From the NCBI GenBank assembly GCA_951406725.2, contig OX597832.1:45074001-45138000 (forward strand): 64,000 bases of DNA, in the 5' to 3' direction. Within the stretch, counting starts at the first letter, position 1. Each line of letters begins with the position of its first letter. This DNA comes from Octopus vulgaris (lineage: Eukaryota). A program made the position numbers and the translations under genes. Under the pieces are notes generated by a model. That model was not told the DNA's origin and did not search any database. It saw only the letters and a list, made by a program, of their open reading frames with translations. Shown one piece after another: positions 49,846-64,000 of the stretch.

Positions 49846-50861
49846 GTTGTTGTTGTTGTTGTTGTTGTTGTGTATTTCTGACGTTCATCAATTGAATTTA
49901 GTCTCGCTAACAAATGGAAGGGAATTAACTCTTTACATTTGAAACGTTTGAGAATTATCTCCCTTTAATAATATTTTTTTTCATTCTTTTCTTTCGCAAT
50001 TGGTGTACAAGAAAAAGTTAAAAAAAGAAAACTGTATTTCCTGTTTAGCAGGGTAGTGAATTTCTTTTAAACTTTCACACACTAGTTATCACGACAAATG
50101 ATATAACAAAAGCATTTCTATGGAACTTGAGACTGAATCTTGTAAATTCAACAACGTAATTTAACAACTTTGACATGTCTTCTTCTATTCAATGAAATTT
50201 CTTAGAGAATTTTCCACACTTTCAAATACTCATTGTTATACCTGAGAGGAATTATGCTGCTCTGCAACTATTCAATTCTGTACGTTCACATTCTCCTTGA
50301 ATTTTAAATTTAAGCCTTGAAACAAGGTCATAGAATGAATAGATGATTTGTGTTAGATATGAACAATGAAAATAATACAAAACACTTTTTTTGAATTCTA
50401 TATGTCTATCACTCATAGACATGCTTTCAAAATCAAAAAATTAACACAGCACCCATGACTTTCAGGAACATTTTTTTCACACTCAGAATTGCTGAAGCAT
50501 GGAATAAACTGCCCAGGTCAGTTGTTACTAGGGTGTCATGACACTACATCCTTCAAATATTCCATTCTTCCTGAAATTTGCCAACAATATTCCTGTTGTT
50601 AGATTGTGGCCATGCTGGGCCACCACCTTGAAGAATTTATAGTCGAATGAATTGACCTCAGTCCTTCTTCTTTTTTTTTTAAGCCTGGCACTTATTCTAT
50701 TGATCTCATTTGCCGAACCACTATGTTACAAGGATGTAAACATACCAGCACTGGTTGATAAGCGGCAGTGGGGAATAAACACAGACACAAAGACACACAT
50801 GTATGCATGCATACATACTTACATATACATACATACATATATACATACATACATACATACA

Positions 50862-50897
<36 letters not shown>

Positions 50898-51000
50898 TAT
50901 GTTCTTAAAATTTAAATCCACAATTTGTCTATATATCTACCTTCTCTATAATGTTGCCACTTGAAATGAAAAATTTTGTATTAATGGAAAACCTCTATAA

Positions 51001-51086
51001 TTGGCTGATGAGTACTCAGCATCTTAAATCTGCCGTAATACTTACAGCTTTTAATAAAATGATGTAGTATGAAACGATCGTACCAA
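51001..51086 (+). ncRNA. Type I hammerhead with extended stem II
   Basis: TTGG-CTGATGA-GTACT...(59 nt in total)...AGTAT-GAAA-CGATCG-TA-CCAA. Stem III is the palindrome ACGATCGT. The 3' half is repeated at 48156-48230. Confidence 0.75.
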
Positions 51087-51117
51087 ATTACCAGAGTCAT
51101 TCTTGTTGCTTATTTTG

Positions 51118-51162
<45 letters not shown>

Positions 51163-51181
51163 CAAAGTGTATGTACACCGC

Positions 51182-51207
<26 letters not shown>

Positions 51208-51212
<5 letters not shown>

Positions 51213-51432
51213 CAAAATGGGACAAGAATACAAAACATCCAGACAGCTAGGTGATACAAAAAAGGACAACAAAACATCCAAATAGATGATACAAAGAAAA
51301 CAAGGATGGGTCATTCGGAGTTTTCTTTCCTCAGTCAAGCACCAGATTATCCTCACAATTTCGGCTGATTATTCTTGAGATTGCTCCAATCTGGCCAGCC
51401 CCAAGGAAAAATTAAGCTAAGAGCATTAGATT
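51208..51432 (-). mobile_element. Second copy of the 6152-6525 family
   Basis: GGCTGG-CCAGATT-GGA-GCAAT-C-TCAAGA-ATAAT-CAGCC-GAAA-TTGT...AATCTGG-TG-CTTGA-CTGAGGA. Confidence 0.7.
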
Positions 51433-51679
51433 AAAAAAGAAGCTCCTTATCACACAGCCATACTCTTTAGAAATAAAAGTTCATTCATTCGTTTTTATGT
51501 TTGTTTTAATGTTTATTTTCCATGCTAGGATGGTTAATCGGAAATGTTACTTTAAAGCCAGAATTTGTAAAAGAATGCCTTTTGCCAGCTCTTACCTGTC
51601 TTGCAATGATTGAATCTCTTGTTTTTCATGTCTTTGAAGGTATGGAACCATCAAATGATTTTGTTGATAATCTCACTGT

Positions 51680-52025
51680 CGATGCCAGCGCTGCCCCAAG
51701 CCGATGCCAGCGCCGCCAGGCCGATGCCAGCGCTGCCTGCTGATGCCAGCGCCACCTTGACTGGCTTCCATGCCGGCGGCACGTAAAATGCACCAATCCG
51801 ATCGTGGCCGTTGCCAGCCTCCCCTGGCACCTGTGCCGGTGGCATGTAAAAAGCACTCACTACACTCACTGAGTGGTTGGCGTTAGGAAGGGCATCCAGC
51901 TGTAGAAACACTGCCAGATCAAAACTGGAGCCTGGTGCAGCCTTCTAGCATCACAAATCTCCGGTCGAACCGTCCAACCCATACTAACATGGAGAACAGA
52001 CGTTAAACGATGATGATGATGATGA
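51680..52025 (+). mobile_element. RTE 3' end, family B
   Basis: Family UTR and (GAT)n tail. Confidence 0.75.
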
Positions 52026-52299
52026 CTGTTTGTAGTACAGCGATTTGTGGAGAAGCACAACTGTACACAAATGCACACATGCTTTTTCTCCCTCTCTCTC
52101 ACTCACTCACTAACACACACACACACACACACCCATGCAATAAGCTTCTTGGTTGCTGTCTACCAAATCCACTCACAAGGTTTCGTTTGGTCCAGACCTA
52201 TAGTAAGAAGACACATGCTCAAGGACTGAACTCCAAATCATAGGGTTGGGAAGAAAAGTTCTTAGATCAAAATCTGTCTGGTAGTATGTACATCTAGAA

Positions 52300-52476
52300 T
52301 AAGATGTCCTCGACTTCCTACGCAACCGCTGAGCCTGGATGCGCATTTATCCATCCATCGATGCTCTCGGTGTCGGGGATTGACCTGCTTTCTCTTCTGC
52401 GGGTCTTACGAATAGCAAAGTACCACGTTTTGGACTTCTCCCATCTTGCAAGCTCTGGGATGAAAACTGTTCGCTC

Positions 52477-52522
<46 letters not shown>

Positions 52523-52540
52523 GCAGCAGCAACAACAACA
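52300..52540 (+). mobile_element. Probable retroposon 3' end with a (CAA)n tail
   Basis: GC-rich, CpG-retaining ~175 bp ending abruptly in (CAA)n. The family was not recognised. Confidence 0.35.
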
Positions 52541-52789
52541 AGTAGAGCCTCATGTGCTAAATACTAAACAACTTGCTGCATCCTCCTGAATGTGTGAGAC
52601 ATTCATTGTACATTCTGATGCAGGTTACATAATGAAGACCAGTGTATCGCAAACTGTACAGTATATGATTATGTGGAATATAAAAGTTATCATGCATGTT
52701 ATGCTGGCTGGCAGGTTCAGCACAATTAAACAAGAACTAATGCTTTCTTATTCATACTAACAGACACACAACAAAAATTATAGATATAC

Positions 52790-52983
<194 letters not shown>

Positions 52984-52990
52984 GTATCTA

Positions 52991-53031
<41 letters not shown>

Positions 53032-53042
53032 CTATCTCTCTC

Positions 53043-53075
<33 letters not shown>

Positions 53076-53199
53076 GTATCTATCAATCTGTTTGTCTGTC
53101 TGTCCATCCGTCCATCTGTATGTTTGTATGTACATGTATGGGGTGGGGTACTCAAAAGAAACGGGAATTTTGCAATATTTTATTCACTTAGTTTTACAT

Positions 53200-56170
<2,971 letters not shown>

Positions 56171-56578
56171 ATAGTGTCATTGTGCTGAAGCCAAAATATA
56201 AAACATCAGAAACTGTGACCACTATTGTTGTTGTTGTTGTTGGCGGTGGTGGTTTTGTGTTAGTGGTGGTGGTGGTGGTGGTGGTGCTGTCCCTACTGTT
56301 TATAGTGTTGTTGTTGTTGATGATGATGGTGAGGGTGATGATAAAAACAACGATGACGGTGATGGTGATGATGATGATACTGGTGATGATGGTTGGCAGG
56401 GGGGGGTTGCCATCGCTACTGCTGGTAGTTATGTTGTTATCGATGATGATGATGATGATGATGATGATGACGATGACGATGACGACGATGACGATGATGA
56501 TGATGATGACGACGACGACGACGATGATGATGATGACGATGACGATGACGATGATGATGAACGATGATGATGATGACA

Positions 56579-56612
<34 letters not shown>

Positions 56613-57286
56613 CGACGACGATGACGATGATGACGATGATGATGATGATGATGATGATGATGATAAAGAAAAAGAAGAAGAGGAAGGCAGCCATGCTGTT
56701 GATGTCAAAAACTTATTTTGTTTATAAAATAGTTTAATAAAATATTAATCGTATGATTTCTTTTCAGTTCCATTCTGATTCACTGCTTTTATTCTCTGTT
56801 TTTTTTTTGTTTTCTATTTCATTTTTTTTTTTTAGTGTTTTGCTTTTGATTTTTTTTTCTTGCTTCTGTGCAAAGCACAGTTCCTCTCCAACCACCACCA
56901 CCGCCACCACCACCACCTCTGCCACCACCACCATCACTGCCACCACTGCCTTCATCACCACACCTTACATCACCACCACCACCACCACCACCACCACTAC
57001 CACCAACACCACCACCAACATCAATACCACCATCATCACAACCTAACTGCTAACCCAACTTCCCTACCACTACTACAACTGCCATCTGCACCACCACTTC
57101 CCCTCCTCCTCCGTTTCCTCCCCACCTCCTCCTCCTCCATCTCCTCTTCCTCTCCACCTCCCCCTCACCACCACAACCACCATCACCATCAACTAGCAGG
57201 AGGTCAACATGTAGAACATTATTGAAATAAACAAAGGTAGCTATAAACAAATGAATATACATACATACATATATATATATGTATAT

Positions 57287-57338
<52 letters not shown>

Positions 57339-57448
57339 CCTGCACCATTCTAGAGACAGCTTTGAGATTATGTCAATTTGATAACATGACTTTCTGCTTT
57401 TTACTCATATGTATGTATATCAGTCGGTATATGTATATATATATATAG

Positions 57449-57643
57449 GAAGAGTTTACGAAAAAAAAAAAAAAGACGAAGACAGGTGGTGTAGAAAACA
57501 AACAGACGTATTAGTATAATGCTCAGGAATAGAAAAAGTCTTTTACGTTTCGAGCCTATGCTCTTCTACAGAAAGGGACACTGAAAAAACAAGGAGAGAA
57601 ACAACGAGAGAAAAAATGTGTGTAGTGGCTAATGATCTGTCAC
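57449..57643 (-). mobile_element. Penelope-like terminus in (TA)n with a minimal hammerhead (57538-57579 -)
   Basis: CTTT-CTGTAGA-A-GAGC-ATAG-GCTC-GAAA-CGT-A-AAAG. Confidence 0.65.
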
Positions 57644-58924
57644 ATATATATATTCATACATGCTTATTACAAACTGTGAATGTATAAATTTCCATAAACA
57701 CACACATTTTACTAACAGGTGTAGAATACAGAAAATATAGGTGTGAGAAAGCCAATAACAGTGATGTATAAAAACCGTCTGTTATTTTCTACACAGCACT
57801 TGAAAATAAACCTCTTAACCATTTAGCATTCAAATTATTCTGTCAAATGTAATTCCTGTTCATTCATGTTGTTTTGAATCGATCATGCATGACTGCGATG
57901 TGATTGCATATAGTTTTCTGTCTCTCTCTGGTTGAGTAACTATGTACCTGCTCTGCAGTAAGACTTCTGTATCAGCCTCTCCATCTTGCTGTCATGCTCT
58001 AACCTTTCATCATTTGGCGCAAGATCACCTCCCCCTAGTGCCTCCTCCCCTTTCAAAGATTCTTTGTTTTGCAAAGGTTACTTGGCGCCCCTGCCAGTGC
58101 AGGTGTCACTTGAAAAGCATCCTGTCCACACTGTGAAGTGGTCGGCATTTGGAAGGGCAACCAGCTGTAAAAACCATGCCAAAACTGACCTTGCCCGCAG
58201 TGCTGGTGCCATGTAAAAAAGGACCCAGCCCACTCTGCAGAATGGTTAGTGTTAGGAAGGGCATCCAACCATAAAAGAAAAAGAAAAACCATGCCAAAAC
58301 AGACACAGAAATATGGTGCAAGCTTTGGCCTGGCCAACTCCTATCAAACCTATTTCTTTACTACCCACAAGGGGCTAAACACAGAGGGGACAAACAAGGA
58401 CAGACAAACAGATTAAGTCGATTATATCAACCCCAGTGCGTAACTGGTACTTAATTTATTGACCCCCGAAAAGATGAAAGGCAAAGTCGACCTCCGCGGA
58501 ATTTGAACTCAGAATGTAACGGCAGACGAAATACCGCTACGCATTCCGCCCGGCATGCTAATGTTTCTGCCAACTCGCCAACTCCTATCAAACCATTCAA
58601 TCCATGCCAGCATGGAAGGAGGGCATTAAATGATGATGATGATGATGATGATGATGAATATAGAGTAAATGTCAAAAGTCAGATCCAGCTGGGATGAACA
58701 TAAAACAGGTAGGATACAAGGGCCGGTTATGGCTGGTTTAAAAGCTAGAGTGTTAAACGCCTAAGTGGTTGGATAATTATTTTGTGATAAAACAGCACCT
58801 GTAAACCTCATAAACTGTGGCTTGCAATATCTTCTTCTATTGAAGGACATTTTTACAAAAGTCTCATTTGCATATTATGATAAAACGAGAGAAAAAATGT
58901 AACAACATTATTTTAATGAAACAA

Positions 58925-59510
58925 GGCAGCGAGCTGGCGGAATCGTTAGCACACCGGGCAAAATGCTTAGCTGTATCTCGTCTGCCGCTATGTTCTGAGT
59001 TCAAATTCCGCCGAGGTCGACTTTGCCTTTCATCCTTTCTGAGTCGATAAATTAAGCACCAGTTACACACTGGGGCCGACGTAATCGACTCAATCCGTTC
59101 GTCTATCAGTTTTTGTCCCCTCTATGTTTAGGCCCTTGTGGGTAATAAAGAAATAGGTATTTCGTCTGCTGCTACGTTCTGAGTTCAAATTCCGCCGAGG
59201 TCGACTTTGCCTTTCATCCTTTCGGGGTTGATAAATTAAGTACCTGTTACGCACTGGGGTCAATGTAATTGACTCAATCTGTGCGTCTGTCCTTGTTTGT
59301 CCCTTCTATGTTTAGCCCCTTGTGGGTAGTAAAGAAATATGTATTTTGTCTGCTGCTACGTTCTGAGTTCAAATTCCACTGGGGTCAACTTTGCCTTTCA
59401 TTTTTTGGGGGTCGATTAAATAAGTACCAGTTATGCACTGGAGTCAATGAAATCAGCTAGTCCCCTCCCCCAAATTTCAGGCCTTGTGCCTATAGTAGAA
59501 AGGATTATTT
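58925..59510 (+). mobile_element. SINE family C with three tandem ~185-bp units; older arrays at 60835-60995 and 61975-62620
   Basis: GTATTTCGTCTGC...AAAGAAATA repeated. Confidence 0.75.
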
Positions 59511-59940
59511 TAAGGAAACAGAAGCTAATTTTGTACAGAAGCTAATTTCCTATATTCTCTTATGCTATTTCACCCAGCATGATCCTTTTTTTAGATGTTC
59601 ACATAGATTAATGTTCCATCTACCTTTAATCACTTAACTTTTGCTTGTATCTGTCATTAAACTGTGGCCAAGCTGGGGCAACACCTTGAAGGATTGCAGT
59701 TGATCTTATCAAACCTCAGCACTTATTATTTGTTTTGTAAAACCCTGGTACTTATTCCATCAGTCTCTTTTGCTGAACTGTTAAGTTACAGAGATGTAAA
59801 CACACCAACACTGTTTGTCAAGCAGTGGTGGGGAACAAACATTTACACAAAGACACATGCACACACACACACACACATGCCAGCATAGAAGGCAGTTGTT
59901 AAATGATGATGGTGATGATGATAATGATGATAATGATGAT

Positions 59941-60502
59941 CATCATCATCGTTTAACGTCCGTTTTCCTTGCCAGCATGGGTTGGACGGTTCGACTGGGG
60001 TCTGGGAAGCCAGGAGGCTGCACCAGGCACCAGTCTGATCTGGCAGTTTTTCTATAGTTGGATGCCCTTCCTAACGCCAACCACTTCGTGAGCGTAGTGG
60101 GTGCTCTTTACGTGCCGCCGGCACAGGTGCCAGACGAGGCTGGCAAACGGCCACGGTCGGATGGTGGTTTTTACGTGCCACCGGCATGGAAGCCAGTTAG
60201 GCTGTGCTGGCATCTGCCACGTTCGGACAGTGCTTTTCTTTTAACGTGTCACCGGCACAGGTGTCTTAACTACTATTTCCATTCAATTTTCATTTGATGT
60301 TGGTGTTAATGTACTTGACTCAATAGGTCTCCTCAAGAACAGCGGGGCACTCTACGATCCAAGGTTAGCACAGCAGGCCGATGAACTCACTTCATTCATC
60401 AGGTCTTCGAAGTCACAGCATATCTCCAGAGGACTTGGTCTTTTGTCATAGCCTCTGTGAGGCTCAACGTACGAAGGTCATGCTTCACCACCTCATCCCA
60501 TG
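59941..60502 (-). mobile_element. RTE LINE 3' end with ORF terminus (family B)
   Basis: WDEVVKHDLRTLSLTEAMTKDQVLWRYAV* followed by the family UTR. Confidence 0.8.
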
Positions 60503-61401
60503 ATGATATATATATACATATAACATGTTTCCTTCAGTTTCTGTCTACTATATTCACTCACAAGGCTTTGGTCAGCCTGAGGCTATAATAGAAGTCACCT
60601 GCTCCATATACCATGGATTTTTATTCAGCTGAATACACGTCATTGATTGGTTGAAATTTCCAAAATACGAGAACTTTAATGTGAAATAACTTCGTAAATA
60701 TAAGTTTTTCTCAAAAATTGCTATGAGTAAAAAAGATGTTTTATATGAGACATTCTACCAGTGTCCGAAGTTTGAAAGTGTTTAGTCCCAAAAAATTATT
60801 TTTTAAATCTGTCGGTCAAAAGGTAAAGATCCGCATGTTGTCCATTTTTATGTCCTGAGTTCAAAATCAGCCGAAGTCGATTTTTATCTTTCAGCCTTTC
60901 AGGGTTTGATAAAATAAGAATCAGTTGAGCCCTGGTGGTCGATGTTATTGACTTACCCCCTCCTGCTAAATTTCTAGCCTTGTGCTAACATCTGACATCA
61001 ATATGAGCTTATGTAAATATTTTTATAAAAACATCTGCCCTAAATATTAACCAGAAAATCACGTTATTAGATCGACATAATCACTGAGGTGGCCACGGAA
61101 TGGTTCAGCTTACTTATTTATTTTTCTTGTTTATTTGTTCATATTTTTCATTTATTTATTTATTTATTACTACCTTAGTTTATTTCAAGGTGTTCTAGAT
61201 GTTGACTTCTAGCTAGTTATTGTTGTTGTTGTTGTTGTTGCTGCTGCTGTTGTTGTTGTTGTTGTTGGGTGGTGGTGGTGGTGGTGGTTGTCTTTATTGT
61301 CCTGGTTGTGGTGGTGGTGATGTCAGTGGTGGTGGTAGCATCATCATCATCATCATCATCACCACCATCATCATCATCATCATCATCACCATCACCATCA
61401 C

Positions 61402-61442
<41 letters not shown>

Positions 61443-61713
61443 ACAGCAGCAGCAGCAGCAGTAACAGTAGCAGCAGCAGTAACAGTAGCAGTAGCAGCAG
61501 CAACAGTAGCAGTAGTAACAGTAGTAGTAGTAGTAGTAGTTAATGTTGCGTTTCTTTAACCCAAGGTCAGCTCTTATTGAGTGACCATTTCATCCGTTTT
61601 TCAGGAATACGACGATGCTGCAAAACAGGCCTTCCAAGATTCTATTGACCCTAGATTGCCAGGCTTTTACAGTTCCGGGAGGGACAAGCTAATACTACTG
61701 CTGCTGCTGCTGT

Positions 61714-61761
<48 letters not shown>

Positions 61762-62936
61762 CAACAACAACAACAACAACAACAATCTACAGGTCAACAT
61801 ACAGAACATATTGAAATAAACAAAGGTAACAGTAAATAAATATATATATAAATAAATATATATATAAATAAATAAATAAATAAATAAATAACCAGAACCT
61901 TTCTGTAGACAGCTATGAGATAATGTCAATTTAAAAACACAATTTTCCGGTTAATATTTATATAAGTGTATTGTGTGGCAAGTTGGCCGTATCGTTAGCA
62001 CACCAGACAAAATACTGCTTAGCATGTTGTCTCCCTTTACGTTCTGAGTTCAAATTCCACTAATGTCAACCTTGCCTTCCATCCTTTTGGGGCCGATAAA
62101 ATGAGTACCTGTTGAATGAACACTAGGGTTGATGCAATTGATATACCCCACCCTCCTCCAAAATTGCTGGCCTTGTGCCAAAATTTGAAACTGATATTCG
62201 CGGAAGTGTACAAGGTACCAATCTTGGCTGAATCGTTAGCATGCCGGATAAAATGCTTCTTGGCCAACTCAACATTCTGAGTTCAAATTTCGCCAAGGTC
62301 GACTTGGCCTTTGATGCAATTGATATACCCCCACCCTCCTCCCAAATTGCTGGCCTTGTGCCAAAATTCGAAACTGATATTCGTGTAAGTGTACAAGGTA
62401 CCAATCTTGGCTGAATCGTTAGCATGCCGGATAAAATGCTTCTTGGCGTTTTGACCAACTTGACATTCTGAGTTCAAATTTCGCCAAGGTCGACTTGGCA
62501 TTTCGTCTTTCCCGGTTCAATGAAATAAGTACCAGGTGAACACTGGGGTTGATGTAATTGACATACCTCCCCCCACTTTTGAACTTGCTGGTCTTGTGCC
62601 AAAATTTGAAACTATTGTTGACGTAAGTGTAGGCGTAGGGTATGTATAAAATTATTTACACACATACTCATAGTTACTGAGAATGTATAGAATTTACATA
62701 AACACACAAGCCATATTGCATGCGTAGAATATGGAAAATAGAGTTGTGAGAAAAACAATAACAATTATATATGCATGCTGTCTTTTATTAGAATGCACCA
62801 GAAGAAAAATGCCTCACCCACGTAAATGGCAGGATAGTTCTGTATGGTTAAACATCACCTGTTTATTTATAAACAGCGGTTCAGAACATCTCTTTTCATT
62901 GAGGAGCATTTTACAAATGCTTTACTATGAAAAATA

Positions 62937-62990
<54 letters not shown>

Positions 62991-63100
62991 TTTTTATTTT
63001 TTTATTTTTGTACATTTTTATCATTATTCTTTTACAAAAAACAATGCAATTTTCTTTTTTTCCCCTTTCTAATTTTTAAAAAAACTTTTTAAAACATAAA

Positions 63101-63141
63101 TATTCTTGACAAGTCATACAATGACGAAAACCGGTTGAATA
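63101..63141 (+). ncRNA. Decayed minimal hammerhead
   Basis: TATTC-TTGACAA-GTCAT-ACA-ATGAC-GAAA-ACCGGT-T-GAATA, in an AT-rich insert between (TA)n tracts. Confidence 0.5.
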
Positions 63142-63229
63142 AATATATATTTATATATTTTATCAATTTCTCATTTTATTAAAATTTTCTTTCATTTGAG
63201 CATTCTGCATTTTTAAAAAATTTTTTCCT

Positions 63230-63269
<40 letters not shown>

Positions 63270-63416
63270 ACAATAAAGGAACGGCCATAATAGGCCATTC
63301 ACCCACTAGAAATAACAGCCAAAGCTTCAACCGCAAATAAAAGTTAATTCAGTTAACCAGGAGAAAATTTAAAAAACATTTACCCTGTAATAAAATTTTT
63401 TTTTGCCACCCTATAT

Positions 63417-63476
<60 letters not shown>

Positions 63477-63478
63477 AT

Positions 63479-63896
63479 GGATCTTTTAGGTTTCAACAGC
63501 AGTTTTTTCTAGCAGTGTCATATGAAATTCTCACCCATAATTATGACCCTAGTATCGATCTATTGCATTTCAATCTGTTTTAGGGTTAGGGTTAGGGATG
63601 GGGGGAAGGGTATCTTTTTTTCTTCACAAATGTAAATAAACCCAATCTGTTTCTTAAACGAGGGACATATTCATACAACACAGAATGTTTTTTTTACCTC
63701 AATGGACGTCAGTGATTGGTTGAAATTACAGCGATTGAAGAAAAAAACAACAAATATCTTACAAACTATAGAATTTTCTCAATAAAGCAAAGAGAAAAAG
63801 ATGTTTTATAAACACATTCTACCAGTATACGAAGTTTAAAATTTTTTAGTTACCTAGAAATTATGTTAAAAACTGCCGTTCAAACCGAAAAGTTCC
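63479..63896. mobile_element. MITE with ~28-bp TIRs and internal (TTAGGG)3
   Basis: GGATCTTTTAGGTTTCAACAGCAGTTTT / AAAACTGCCGTTCAAACCGAAAAGTTCC. A relative lies at 60615-60832. Superfamily unknown. Confidence 0.7.
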
Positions 63897-64000
63897 CATG
63901 AAATTTTTATCCCTACATCCATTTCCATATCCAGTTAGTTCAACTCAAGTTGAAACTGGTTAATTGGGTATTTCACCAAGAAAGAATTTCCAAAAAGGAG

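Noticed and set aside
63579-63597. Telomere
   Set aside because: There are only three units, and they are internal to a MITE.

Overview
AT-rich, repeat-saturated eukaryotic DNA. The repeat families point to an Octopus genome (inference). No host protein-coding gene can be recognised with confidence, and almost all ORFs in the track are microsatellite or SINE read-through. The window holds about 25 copies of a tRNA/CORE-type SINE, two further tRNA-SINE families and about 15 5'-truncated RTE LINE 3' ends. It also holds one CR1-group LINE with an open 645-codon RT frame whose 3' stem-loop is shared with the dominant SINE, mariner and Gypsy-integrase fossils, TTAA, hAT and other MITEs, a Helitron and long microsatellites. 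The main unannotated signal is about ten unrelated short elements, mostly inserted in (TA)n and often as fold-back pairs, that carry hammerhead ribozyme cores, as known for Penelope-like element termini. One family (6368-6454 + and 51313-51400 -) contains all hammerhead core parts in an order that matches none of types I, II or III. It is a candidate new pseudoknotted hammerhead topology. All calls were made by eye, and repeat boundaries are approximate.
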